DNA of 64,000 nt, from NCBI GenBank assembly GCA_963706325.1, contig CAVPLT010000002.1, forward strand, positions 32,001 to 96,000, written 5' to 3'. The notes under the pieces were generated by a model, which was given only the letters and a program-made list of their open reading frames with translations, was not told the origin of the DNA and made no database searches. A program made the translations under genes and the position numbers. The DNA comes from an uncultured Nitrospiraceae bacterium (lineage in GTDB: Bacteria > Nitrospirota > Nitrospiria > Nitrospirales > Nitrospiraceae). This document shows, in pieces, positions 1-9,756 of the stretch. The first letter of the stretch is position 1, and each line of letters begins with the position of its first letter.

Positions 1-231
1 CAAGCCGGATGTTTTGACGCTTCGACAGGTGAAATACACACCGTCCCGAGCGCAGCTGGCCGCAAGTGGAGGGCCATTTGCGCTGTCTATATTGGCGTTT
101 ATGGAGATCCGATGAGGCGGAGTTAAGAGACGTTTATAGCCGGACACCTAAATCACTACGCATGTGAGCGAGAGATAGGATCAGCGCCTTCCCATAGCCG
201 AGCCTGGCAGGGGAAAGTGGGCTCCTGTGGA

Positions 232-3200
232 TTATTGGTGGTCGGCTAAACTCACATGGCGCGTGGACTTTGTTTGGGATAATAGGAAATAGCAGACGGG
301 GACGAGAAAAAGCGTGAGGAGGGTTGAGACTACCAGGCCACCGATGACGACCAGGCCGATGTGTCTGCGTCCGGCAGCTCCTGCGCCAGTGGCGAGCGCC
401 AAGGGCAGTGCTGCAAGAATTGTTGCGACGGTCGTCATGAGGATGGGGCGGAGTCGAAGCACTGAAGCGTCAATGACGGCGGCTCTCGCTGCCATGCCCT
501 GCTGGCGAAGCTGATTGGCAAATTCCACGATGAGAATGGCGTTCTTCGTCACCAATCCGATCAGGATCATCAGCCCGATTTGACTGTAAATGTTCAGCGT
601 GCCTTGCCATAAGCTCAGAGCAAGCAGGGCGCCGGCAATCGCCGGAGGAACCGACAACAGAATTGTCACCGGATGCACAAAACTTTCGAACTGCGCGGCT
701 AATACGAGATAGATGACCAGCAGCGCAAGGAGGAACGTAATATAGAGGTGCCCTGAGGATTCTTTGAATTCCTTTGATTCCCCTGAGTAGCTGATGCTGG
801 CGCCGGGAGGCAGATGTTTTCTAGCCAGCTTCTCCAAGGAGGCGAGTGATTGGCTAAGGGTTGAGCCGGAGTCCACGCTAGCGCTGATGGTCACGGCTCT
901 CAGTTTCTCGTAGTGATTCAGCTGCTTCGGGGCGACGGCCTCGCGTACAGTGACCAAGTTGCTGAGAGGGATCAAGTCGCTCTGGGCGCCTCGCACCTGA
1001 AGCTGCTCGATGTCGGAGCGCGTCCCGCGGTGTTGAGCCTGCGTCTGCACAATGACGGGATATTCCTTTCCCTCCCGCATGAACATAGTCGTTCGACGGC
1101 CACCTAGCAATGCCTCCAGCGTCCTCCCGATGGTTTCGATCGGAATGCCCAGATCTGCCGCCTTGTCACGATTGACCTCTATCCGCAACTCGGGTTTGTT
1201 GAGGTCCAGATCACTTTCGAAATTGGTCACCATTGGATGATGGACCAAGTCTGCGCGGATTTTTGACACCGTCCCATCCAGCACCTCATACGACGGGCCA
1301 CGAATGACGAGTTGAACCGGCGTTTTGCTTTCTTCTTGATTGAACGGAGGTGGGGTAAACGCGAAGGCCGTGGCCCCCGGTATTTCGGAAAGGTCCGGCT
1401 GGACTTCCGCGACGATTTCGTGCTGCGGTCGGCGGCGTTCGGACCAATCTTTCAACGTCACCCAGGTGACCGCGTGATTGACGAGCGTCGGCCGCCACCC
1501 TCTGGCGACGACACTGTAGTAGGAGTCCAACTCGGGAATCTGCGACAGAATGCGCTCTGACTCTTTCGTGTAGCCATCCGTATAGTCCAGGGTTGATCCT
1601 TCAGGAGCACTGACATGGGTAGTAAACCATCCCGTGTCCTCAAGGGGCGCGAGTTCACTCGGCAACCACAAGAGTAACAGCGCACTGACGAGCACCGACG
1701 CGAGAGCGACACCGAATACGGCCGCTCGAGCGCCGAGCGCGAATTGCAGCGCCGATCGATAACGCTCGATCGTCCATTGAAGCCATCCGGCGGCATCCAG
1801 GCCAGAGAGTCCTCCGGAAGGGGTCGGGCCCGCTGTCGATCCTAGGAGCCGAGCGCACATGGCCGGGGTGAGGGTCAAGGCGATGAACCCGGACAGCAGT
1901 ACTGATCCGGCCACTGCGATGCCCAATTCGGTAAAAAGTCGTCCGACGACGCCGGGAAGAAACGCAATCGGCAGGAACACGACTGCCAACGACAGAGTGG
2001 GCGAAATAACAGCAAATCCGATCTCGCGGCTGCCTTCTATCGCCGCTTGCATGGGGCTCAAACCGCGCTCGATTCGTCGATAGACATTCTCCACCACGAC
2101 GATGGCATCGTCGACGACCAGTCCGATGGCAAGGACGAATCCGAGCAGCGTGATCGTATTGATCGAGCAGGAAGTCACGTGCATGATCACGAACGTTCCC
2201 AGTATGGACCCAGGAATGGCCACTGTCGGAATTAACGTAGCCCGGAAACTCCGCAAGAAGAAAAACACCACTAATACGACCAAGGTCAGGGAGAGACCGA
2301 CGGCCAGATACACCTCATGGAGGGAATGCTCGATATAGATAGAGCTGTCGAAGGCGGTGACTAGCTTCATGCCATCAGCCAGCGATGCTTCCAGGGCGGG
2401 GAGTTGTTGCTTGACGGCACGCGTGGCCTCCAGGGTATTAGCCTTCGATTGTTTCATAATTCCAAGGCCGACGGCGGAACGGCCGTTGACTCGTACCAAT
2501 TTTCGGTCGTCTTCGGCACCGATTTCGGCGGAGCCGACATCCTGCAGTCGAATTGGGTATCCATCGCGATAGGCGAGAATGAGCTGGTTAAATTGGGCCG
2601 GCTTCTCCAGCCCCCCGCCCATTCTGACGCTGAACTCGCGCTGAGTACTCTCGATCCGACCCGTTGGGATGGAGACGTTCTGGGTCATCAGGGCATCCTC
2701 GACATCCTCGACGGTCAGCAACCGTGAGGCGAGCCGATCCGGATGGAGCCACACTCGCATGGCATACCGTCTTCCTCCATCGAGCATGACGCTGGAGACG
2801 CCGGGCAAGGAAGAGAGCCGATCTTTGATCTGACGTTCCGCAAAATCCGTAATTTCAAGTTCGGAATGACGATCACTGATCAAGGCCAACCACATGATTC
2901 CATCCGCCTCGCTGTCCGATTTCATCACCAAGGGAGGTTCGATCCCCCGAGGGAGCAACGTCAGCACGCGGGCCACGCGGTCTCGGACGTCGTTGGTGGC
3001 GGCATCCAGATTGCGCGTGAGGGTGAACTCGATGGCGATGGTGGACAGGCCTTCCCGGCTACTGGATCGCAAGGTGCGGAGCCCTTCGATTCCGCTGAGG
3101 GCGTCTTCGAGAATGGCGGTGATATCCGTTTCGACCAACTGCGCATCGGCACTCTGATAGACTGTTAATACCGATACGATCGGGAACGTGATATCCGGAT

Positions 3201-3309
3201 ATTCGCGAACAGGCAGGCGTGAATAGCTGAGGAGGCCAAAGAGCATCAGCAAAAGCGTCATGACCGTCGCCAGGACGGGACGCCGAATAGACAATTCCGA
3301 CAAGCGCAT
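232..3309 (-). CDS. RND efflux transporter permease (AcrB/AcrD/AcrF family)
   Basis: 1025 aa; 'SIRRPV' start, 'GLVVDDAIVVVEN', 'KNAILIVEF', 'RLRPILMT' motifs. Confidence 0.97.
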   Translation of the reverse strand: MRLSELSIRRPVLATVMTLLLMLFGLLSYSRLPVREYPDITFPIVSVLTVYQSADAQLVETDITAILEDALSGIEGLRTLRSSSREGLSTIAIEFTLTRNLDAATNDVRDRVARVLTLLPRGIEPPLVMKSDSEADGIMWLALISDRHSELEITDFAERQIKDRLSSLPGVSSVMLDGGRRYAMRVWLHPDRLASRLLTVEDVEDALMTQNVSIPTGRIESTQREFSVRMGGGLEKPAQFNQLILAYRDGYPIRLQDVGSAEIGAEDDRKLVRVNGRSAVGLGIMKQSKANTLEATRAVKQQLPALEASLADGMKLVTAFDSSIYIEHSLHEVYLAVGLSLTLVVLVVFFFLRSFRATLIPTVAIPGSILGTFVIMHVTSCSINTITLLGFVLAIGLVVDDAIVVVENVYRRIERGLSPMQAAIEGSREIGFAVISPTLSLAVVFLPIAFLPGVVGRLFTELGIAVAGSVLLSGFIALTLTPAMCARLLGSTAGPTPSGGLSGLDAAGWLQWTIERYRSALQFALGARAAVFGVALASVLVSALLLLWLPSELAPLEDTGWFTTHVSAPEGSTLDYTDGYTKESERILSQIPELDSYYSVVARGWRPTLVNHAVTWVTLKDWSERRRPQHEIVAEVQPDLSEIPGATAFAFTPPPFNQEESKTPVQLVIRGPSYEVLDGTVSKIRADLVHHPMVTNFESDLDLNKPELRIEVNRDKAADLGIPIETIGRTLEALLGGRRTTMFMREGKEYPVIVQTQAQHRGTRSDIEQLQVRGAQSDLIPLSNLVTVREAVAPKQLNHYEKLRAVTISASVDSGSTLSQSLASLEKLARKHLPPGASISYSGESKEFKESSGHLYITFLLALLVIYLVLAAQFESFVHPVTILLSVPPAIAGALLALSLWQGTLNIYSQIGLMILIGLVTKNAILIVEFANQLRQQGMAARAAVIDASVLRLRPILMTTVATILAALPLALATGAGAAGRRHIGLVVIGGLVVSTLLTLFLVPVCYFLLSQTKSTRHVSLADHQ

Positions 3310-3332
3310 AGGAAATTTCCGGACGCGAGGGA

Positions 3333-4415
3333 TTAGCGAGGGGGTGTCGGCGAGATGGCCCGGATTTTTGCGCCATCCTGCAGCTTGTGATGCCCGACCC
3401 GAACAATAACGTCCTGTTCATGGAGTCCACTGAGAACCTGCACATATCCTCTCGTGCGTGTGCCAAGCTCAACGGCGGTTCGATGCGCCGTCCCGTCCTG
3501 GGTTCGATACACGAATGCCTGATCTTTAGTGGGAATAACGGCTTCCTCAGGAATCAACATGGCACGTTCCTGCTGGCCCAAATGCAGAGTGACCTGGGCG
3601 AACATGCCGGAGCGTAAACGCTGTTCCACATTGGGAATATGGGCCCGCACCTGAACGGCTCTGGTCGTCATGTCAACCCGGGAGTCGACGACATAGACTG
3701 TACCGCGAAACATCTCCCCCAGATAGGCATCCGTGGTGAGTTCGAGGGACTGACCGGGAGCAAGGTGACGGAGGAGCGTTTCAGGAACTTTGAAATCGAT
3801 CTTCAACGTCCGAACATCCTCGAGGTTGACCAAATCCTGGCCGGTCGAAACGAAGTCTCCGGGCGACACGCGACGGATGCCGAGGATGCCATCGAATGGG
3901 GCGCGAATTTTTGTCTTGGCGAGACGGGTGCTGTACAAGACATAGTTGGCCTGCGCGACCTGGAGAGATCCGGCGACCTCGTCGAGTTGTTGTTTGGTGA
4001 CGTATCGCTTTCCCTCCAAATCAAGTGGCTTCAGGCGTTCATAAGTCAGTCGTGAGACCTTGAGCTGGGCCGTGGTTTGCGACAGTTCGGCCTGAAGCTC
4101 GGAATCATCCAACTCTATCAACAAAGTATCTTTCGCAACGGTCTGGCCCTCCTGGAAAAGGATTTGACGAATCCGACCGGCCATCTCGGGACGAATCACG
4201 ATTGATTCGTTAGCGCGAAGTGTTCCAACTGCTCGAATGCTTTGCTGGACAGACTGAATGCTGACCGGTGACAGGACGACGGCCGTCTCATTCTCCGCGG
4301 CGTCGACCGGTTCGGATCCTCCGCTTGCCGTCAAACCGGTCCATTTGAGCGCCACGAGTGTAAGGATCGCCAAAAGACCGAAAAGAACCCCATACGTTCT
4401 GCGAGGAGCGTTCAT
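3333..4415 (-). CDS. RND membrane fusion (periplasmic adaptor) protein
   Basis: N-terminal TM; 'IRAPFDG', 'LRSGMFA' motifs; directly upstream of the permease. Confidence 0.95.
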   Translation of the reverse strand: MNAPRRTYGVLFGLLAILTLVALKWTGLTASGGSEPVDAAENETAVVLSPVSIQSVQQSIRAVGTLRANESIVIRPEMAGRIRQILFQEGQTVAKDTLLIELDDSELQAELSQTTAQLKVSRLTYERLKPLDLEGKRYVTKQQLDEVAGSLQVAQANYVLYSTRLAKTKIRAPFDGILGIRRVSPGDFVSTGQDLVNLEDVRTLKIDFKVPETLLRHLAPGQSLELTTDAYLGEMFRGTVYVVDSRVDMTTRAVQVRAHIPNVEQRLRSGMFAQVTLHLGQQERAMLIPEEAVIPTKDQAFVYRTQDGTAHRTAVELGTRTRGYVQVLSGLHEQDVIVRVGHHKLQDGAKIRAISPTPPR

Positions 4416-4501
4416 GAGTGATGTAATCGCCGCGAAATGCTCGCGCTGGTGGACAGACGGTCTGCATGCCGGCTGAGTTTAGGAGTACGAAGGCCTGCGG
4501 A

Positions 4502-4957
4502 CTATTTGAACTCGAGCTTTTTCAACCCATGCACGGGCATTTCCACCTGTCCGAAATCCGAGTCGCCCTTGAAGCTTCCATCGATCGCGAGCGGAAATTC
4601 TCCTGTCTTGCCGTTCGTCAACGTAATATTCAGCGTCGGAGGGGTTTTCTCAGCGCCTGGTTTCACATCAATGTGCTTGATGCCGTCAAATTTGATATTG
4701 ACCGTTGCAGTCCCGCGCTTCACAGGCAGATGCTTCAACTCGTGGGGAATGAAAGCCGTTTCGCTGACTTTTTCTTCCCAGTAGAACAGCACATTTTTTA
4801 AATCCGTCTGCATGTCCTTGGTATCGGTCACCAGGGCATGAAAGGGTTTGTCGCCATTGTGTTGGGCTTGTGCTGGAATTCCCGCCAGGCACAAGAGCGT
4901 CCCCACCGCTGCGAGACTGGCGAGGTACTGCCGGATATGGTGTCTTCGATGCGTCAT
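4502..4957 (-). CDS. Secreted hypothetical protein
   Basis: GGAGG RBS before ATG 4957; Sec-type signal ending AQA; in operon between tonB and the MFP. Confidence 0.75.
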   Translation of the reverse strand: MTHRRHHIRQYLASLAAVGTLLCLAGIPAQAQHNGDKPFHALVTDTKDMQTDLKNVLFYWEEKVSETAFIPHELKHLPVKRGTATVNIKFDGIKHIDVKPGAEKTPPTLNITLTNGKTGEFPLAIDGSFKGDSDFGQVEMPVHGLKKLEFK

Positions 4958-4992
4958 AATCCCTCCGTTTTTAAAGCAGGTCAGATACATGG

Positions 4993-5991
4993 TTATTCCA
5001 TCCGATACGAAAAGGGCAGATGGAGTTGAATTTGCTGCTGAGCCAGGGCATGTTTCACGTCGAGTGGAAAGGCTTTGCGCACCATGTCCAGCGTGTGCCG
5101 GTCCAGCAGGGTATGCCCGGAACTCTCTTCGAGGGACACATCAAGCAAATGGATCGCCGCACCTCGCTGCTCAATGGTCAACCTCAGGATGACTTTTCCT
5201 TCCCAATGATTCCGTCTGGCTTCCTGCGGATACCGTTTTCGCTGTTCAACAGTGGACCAAAGGGCCTGGGACAGCCATCCATAATCGGGTTTGGTGGTCG
5301 GTCTCGATCGCACGGACAGATGCTGTACTTGCGCGCGTTGCTGAACTTCCGGGGCAACTCTGGCCGTGACAATCTGTTCGACCTCGCGAGGAGTCTCAAC
5401 CGGTGCCTGCGAGTCTGCGACCACACTACGCTCCGTGACAGGGGAGACCGTTTGAGTCACCGCGGCTGTGACGATGGGCTGAGCCGTGACGATTGGCGCC
5501 TCAACAGCTTCTGTTGTCTCCACCGGGGTTTCCGTTCGGTTTACCATCTGAGTCACTTCCGGCGCTGGCTGGTGCTCTTCCTGCACAGGACGTGTCACGG
5601 TTTCAACCTGTTGTTGCACTTGCTGGATCGGTTCTGCGGTTTGCAGTGGAACTGTATCTTGCACCGGCTGTATTTCCTGCACAGGTTGCGGTGTTTGCAC
5701 GACCGGCTCGGTCTTGACCGGTTCAATTTTCTTGGGTGTCGGCGCCCGAATGGTTTGCGGCACGGGAGGGGGCGGCGGAACGGGAGGAGGCGGTGTTTCG
5801 ATTGGTTCCTCCGGTGGCGTGGGCGCTTGCACCATCGCCACATCCCACTTGAATGGTTCCGGGGGAGGCGCTATGGTCATCTCCGCCACCAGCGCCAACG
5901 CCGCGCTCACGAGCACGCCATGCGTGGCCACCGAAAAGACCCAACATAACGTCGAGCGGCGACGGTGCGTCCGGGACTGGTCCACACTCAT
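4993..5991 (-). CDS. tonB: Energy transducer TonB
   Basis: N-terminal TM with S..H motif, Pro-rich linker, C-terminal 'YPQEARRNHWEGKV...SSGH.LLD'; ATGA overlap with exbD. Confidence 0.92.
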   Translation of the reverse strand: MSVDQSRTHRRRSTLCWVFSVATHGVLVSAALALVAEMTIAPPPEPFKWDVAMVQAPTPPEEPIETPPPPVPPPPPVPQTIRAPTPKKIEPVKTEPVVQTPQPVQEIQPVQDTVPLQTAEPIQQVQQQVETVTRPVQEEHQPAPEVTQMVNRTETPVETTEAVEAPIVTAQPIVTAAVTQTVSPVTERSVVADSQAPVETPREVEQIVTARVAPEVQQRAQVQHLSVRSRPTTKPDYGWLSQALWSTVEQRKRYPQEARRNHWEGKVILRLTIEQRGAAIHLLDVSLEESSGHTLLDRHTLDMVRKAFPLDVKHALAQQQIQLHLPFSYRME

Positions 5992-6362
5992 GACCGTACG
6001 ACCTCCAGGTTGACCTGTTGGAAGCCCAAGCCACGGACTTCATCCACGACCAAGACAAAGCGTTCCAGAATCGTCACCTTGTCGGCTCGCACGAGCACCG
6101 AGGATTCACGGGGGTGCGGCGCCATGGCACTTTTCAGGCCGTTCGGAGGAATTGGTGTATCGTTGATGAATAAATTTCCCTCCGATGTCATCGTGATCAC
6201 CAGTGGAACATCCTTCCGATCACCTGCTTCCTTGGCTTTGGCCAGTTGGACGGGAATCTGGCCCGTCGTGATGAAGGTGGCAGTCGTCAGGACGATCACC
6301 AGCAAGACGAGCATCACATCCACCAGCGGAATCACATTGATCTGGTGAATTTCACGTTCCAT
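5988..6362 (-). CDS. exbD: Biopolymer transporter ExbD
   Basis: 'INVIPLVDVMLVLL' signature and 'RAD' motif. Confidence 0.95.
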   Translation of the reverse strand: MEREIHQINVIPLVDVMLVLLVIVLTTATFITTGQIPVQLAKAKEAGDRKDVPLVITMTSEGNLFINDTPIPPNGLKSAMAPHPRESSVLVRADKVTILERFVLVVDEVRGLGFQQVNLEVVRS

Positions 6363-6777
6363 GTTGAACCTTGAACGTCGTGAGGAGCTCGGTCACACGC
6401 CGGCGAAGCACATTATTCATGACGACGCAGGGGATGGCGACCAATAAACCGACCGCTGTCGCTTTCAACGCGAGGCTGAGGCCGACCATAATCGACTGGA
6501 CCGCCATCGTGCCGGATGTGCCCATGGAGTGGAAGGTCAGCATGATACCGAGCACAGTGCCCAGCAATCCGATATAGGGAGCATTGGCGGCCACGGTGCC
6601 GATGACGACCAGGCGTTTTGTCAAAGCGATCTCGCATTCTTGCTCGCTGCGAAAGCGGCTGACATCCACGCTCCGGAAAAACCGCCAACGTTCCATTGCC
6701 ACACCGATCGACCACAGACTCAGGGCGATTAAAAGGCCGATAATGCCATAGTCGATTAAGTGTTTCAGTCCTTCCAT
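6352..6777 (-). CDS. exbB: ExbB, short form
   Basis: 'APYIGLLGTVLGIM', 'ALKATAVGLLVAIP'. Confidence 0.95.
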   Translation of the reverse strand: MEGLKHLIDYGIIGLLIALSLWSIGVAMERWRFFRSVDVSRFRSEQECEIALTKRLVVIGTVAANAPYIGLLGTVLGIMLTFHSMGTSGTMAVQSIMVGLSLALKATAVGLLVAIPCVVMNNVLRRRVTELLTTFKVQHGT

Positions 6778-7144
6778 TGAAAGGATCCTTTCTTGTGACT
6801 CCGCGAAAACGCCCTAAAATGCTGATTGAACAATATTGCTGAGATGGCGCGTAGCACCTCAGTAGTAATGACGTACAGAGACACGCATTCCACACCCTCA
6901 CTGAATAAAAATTTTAAACGATTGAAATTACACGGAGTTTGATAGGCATTCCTACAGTCAGGCTCATTCGACTTGATGCCGGTTGGGTGGGAGTGGAAAG
7001 CGAGTCAATGGGTGTCTCGGATCAACACTGATGGAAGGAACACCCTTTCGATATGGCAGACATATTCTGCGTCGGGTCGGTGACTGTTCTACAGCTCTTT
7101 TAATCGTTTCCTGACCGATTTCCCGTCGTTTTTTCACTTCTACC

Positions 7145-7530
7145 GGCATCGTCAAAACTCTGGACTTCTATCGTTGTGAGGGAGCTTCGCAGGGCGTATC
7201 GGACCTGATGACATTCCAAAGAAAAGAGATCATATCTCAACTTCGAACTGGGTGGGAGCGGCAATTGGGAGCCTGGTGGTCCGATCGCGACCGACTCCAG
7301 GCCACGTCTCCTGTCAATCACGCCATAGCATACGCACGCCTCTCTTGACGTGCGTGGGGCGGAGGATCGGTCGAACAATCCCGAGATGGTCGAGGCCCTG
7401 AAGCAGCAGGCTTCGAAGGCATGCGTTATGTCGAACAGCCCGATGGCAATCATCACCTCAGTCGGCAACAAGACCGTGGCGGTTCTTTCGTGAGATGGAC
7501 AGGTTTCTCTCAATCCATCTCGATCGGACC
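7145..7530 (+). pseudogene. C-terminal remnant of an S9 (prolyl oligopeptidase family) peptidase
   Basis: Manual translation across frames: GIVKTLDFYRC..GVSDL ... DRDRLQATSPVNHA/SIRTPLL/RGAEDR ... MRYVEQPDGNHHLSRQQDR ... MDRFLSIHL; several frameshifts and no N-terminus. Confidence 0.7.
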
Positions 7531-7757
7531 AGGGGCGGAAACCAGGTTTCACAGTGCCCGGTGAAGGAGAGGTGGCATTATGAACATTCAGCAGTGGACC
7601 TTTCCCATCAGGCGCCATCACGACCGCGCCGACATCCTGTGAAACTCAGTTCGGTCTATGAGCAGGTTCACACGATCCCGTCGCTCAGGTATCCTGAGCA
7701 ACTTCAGGCGGTGGTATCAATCCTTTGTCTGTGGCCAACACCCGATTAGCAAAGCGG

Positions 7758-8159
7758 CTATCGGGCGGAGGTTCGGCCGTCAAAGTGGTGATCGTGATCC
7801 GCGTCGGCTTCCCGCTTGGTTTTGTGAATGGTCCCATCTTTATGTTCTGGCGGGCTGTAGAGGCTGTAGAGTCGGAGGTCTGCCGTCCGCCCGCTATTGA
7901 CCACGTTATGCCGGGTTCCGGCTGGAACGACGACGGCAAACCCGTCGCTCACCGCGTGTTTTTCCCCATCCAGGATAACGGTTCCCTCCCCCTCTTCGAA
8001 GCGAAGAAACTGGTCCAGTTCGTGGACTTCTTCTCCGATTTCCTCACCGGGCTTGAGATTCATCAACACCAATTGAGAGTGTTGTGCCGTGAAAAGTACC
8101 TGCCGGTAATGCTGATTTTTTCGAGTGGCGTCTTCGATCTGAATGATGTAGCCCTTCAT
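7758..8159 (-). CDS. Cupin domain protein
   Basis: 'QLVLMNLKPGEEIGEEVHELDQF...VPAGTRHNV...YSPPEH'; start placed at ATG 8159. Confidence 0.9.
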   Translation of the reverse strand: MKGYIIQIEDATRKNQHYRQVLFTAQHSQLVLMNLKPGEEIGEEVHELDQFLRFEEGEGTVILDGEKHAVSDGFAVVVPAGTRHNVVNSGRTADLRLYSLYSPPEHKDGTIHKTKREADADHDHHFDGRTSAR

Positions 8160-8462
8160 TGCAATATCTCTTTCATGTAGATGGCACGTAAGAAAGTCAG
8201 CGGGACCCCAGTGGGCGTGACAAGAACAACTATCGAGCGCTCGGCAACCCTGACATGTTGGCCCATGCCGCCAGGTGTCCTGCAGACTCGTGTCAGGTAT
8301 GGAGCGCATGCTGGCTGAATTTTGGATGGGTGTCAATATTGCCCCGGAACACTCCCACAGGTTCTCCATCTCAGCTGCAGTGCATAGATAATAAATTATT
8401 TCATTCAGCGTGGTATGGCCTGACCGGCAACACTGGCTAGGATTTTCTGTGCTGAATCGGGT

Positions 8463-8627
8463 TCAGGGAAGAGCTGTTCGGCGGGGATCTTGCGTTTTTT
8501 CAACCAGAGATACAAGCCGCTGACTAGGACAACGATCGTGACGGTCGGGGGGGACCTGGGCACAGCCTATGAGGCCAGCAGTCATGAGCACTATCAAGGC
8601 GATGGAGAGGTCGGCCAGGTTGGGCAT
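8463..8627 (-). CDS. Small putative lipoprotein (54 aa, possibly a remnant)
   Basis: Hydrophobic N-terminus with lipobox-like LIGC. Confidence 0.4.
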   Translation of the reverse strand: MPNLADLSIALIVLMTAGLIGCAQVPPDRHDRCPSQRLVSLVEKTQDPRRTALP

Positions 8628-8680
8628 GGCGCCACCAGTTGTGGAAGGTATTGTATCTCTTAACGTTGCCACCCGTAGAC

Positions 8681-8815
8681 TGTGGGGTCAAGGGACCACA
8701 TCGAGCTGAGAGGCGTAGGGAGCCGAGCGGGGGCAAACCACTCGACTCCCTCAACGCTGCCCGGCGCCTTGCAGAAGGGGCGGGGCACTCTGTCGAACTG
8801 CTTATCGTGACAGAG
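8681..8815 (-). ncRNA. Candidate structured RNA (sRNA or 5' leader) of back-to-back hairpins
   Basis: Stems at 8788-8815, 8758-8787, 8713-8757 (14-bp core with 2 G-U pairs on the minus strand only) and a weak one at 8681-8700; CGTCT box just upstream. Confidence 0.4.
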
Positions 8816-8922
8816 GTTCTATGTATTAAGACGTGTAACTTTGGTTGAACCGCACTGTCCGGAACTGACACGCTTCACGTATCCGTTCCTGTCAAAGCCT
8901 ATGGCGATGATTGTCACGACTG

Positions 8923-9132
8923 CTATCGATGGAAAGCCCGGGGAGATTGGCCTTGACGATGCGGCCGGAGGCCATACCACAAAATGACCGCCACCGGAAT
9001 GGCGAGGGCGATCCAGGACACTGTGTCCCATATACCATCTCCCAAGAGAGCGGAAATCAGGCCAACAGCGCTCATGACGCCAATCGCGATCGGCATGCCC
9101 CAGATCTGACTACCCAAGTGTGTCGTCAGCAT
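8923..9132 (-). CDS. Small membrane protein of the type seen next to PepSY/TonB-receptor genes
   Basis: 'GLISALLGDGIWDTVSWIALAIP', two TM segments. Confidence 0.75.
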   Translation of the reverse strand: MLTTHLGSQIWGMPIAIGVMSAVGLISALLGDGIWDTVSWIALAIPVAVILWYGLRPHRQGQSPRAFHR

Positions 9133-9479
9133 TTGGCTGTCTCCTGATTGTGCTTCGTCCCCCGAGCGGCGTCGGCAAGTGGCTGAGCTAAGATCGATAC
9201 CGTATCGGCGATGCCCGTTTCAAGCCATTGGGTCAGCATCGGATGGGCAAGTCCCTTCTCGCGCATCGTGTATTCCAGACCTTCGAACAGTTTCCTGTAA
9301 GGGCCTGAACAGTACAGGCGATTTGAGATCACCAGCGCTGTACCGTTATTGCAGGCGTCCTGAATCATGGTTCTGATTTCGGCAACCGCCTTGTCGCGTT
9401 TCTCAGGCAGAAAGTGCTGCAGATCGCGTCCATGTTCTTCGATGAGGGTCGATAACTCCTCGTGCGTCAGGTCAGACAT
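9126..9479 (-). CDS. Hypothetical protein
   Basis: 117-aa ORF overlapping the start of the next gene; Fur-box-like site upstream. Confidence 0.6.
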   Translation of the reverse strand: MSDLTHEELSTLIEEHGRDLQHFLPEKRDKAVAEIRTMIQDACNNGTALVISNRLYCSGPYRKLFEGLEYTMREKGLAHPMLTQWLETGIADTVSILAQPLADAARGTKHNQETAKC

Positions 9480-9512
9480 GCAATCGGCCTTCGTGAATGC
9501 GTGACGGTCTGC

Positions 9513-9527
9513 GGAAAATGGTTCTCA
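9513..9527. promoter_or_regulatory. Fur-box-like site
   Basis: GGAAAAT-G-GTTCTCA resembles the 7-1-7 TGATAATnATTATCA; lies between the divergent 9479 gene and the fur paralog. Confidence 0.45.
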
Positions 9528-9756
9528 TGGCAAGATGATAGGAGCGGACGTGGTCATAATGGAATGTTCAAACTCCAGGTCTATTTGGCCGGAGCTGGAT
9601 TTAGAAGGATCCTTGAGCTGCATTGAGGCGAAGGATCACGCGAGAGAAGAAAAGAAGCCGGTGTGAAGGTGTGGTTCGCCCATCGTCATTCGTCTTATTT
9701 CATAGAGGGTGTGATGCTTCGGCCACTAAGCGGTTGGTACACGGTTGGAGAGATGC

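Noticed and set aside
5020..5949. 309-aa plus-strand ORF
   Set aside because: Antisense shadow of Pro-rich tonB
7100..7621. 173-aa minus-strand ORF
   Set aside because: No motifs; overlaps the plus-strand S9 peptidase remnant
8729..8760. c-di-GMP-I riboswitch (GGGCAAACCA on the plus strand)
   Set aside because: No GAAA tetraloop or GACGCAAAG partner follows; the segment is the loop and arm of a minus-strand hairpin
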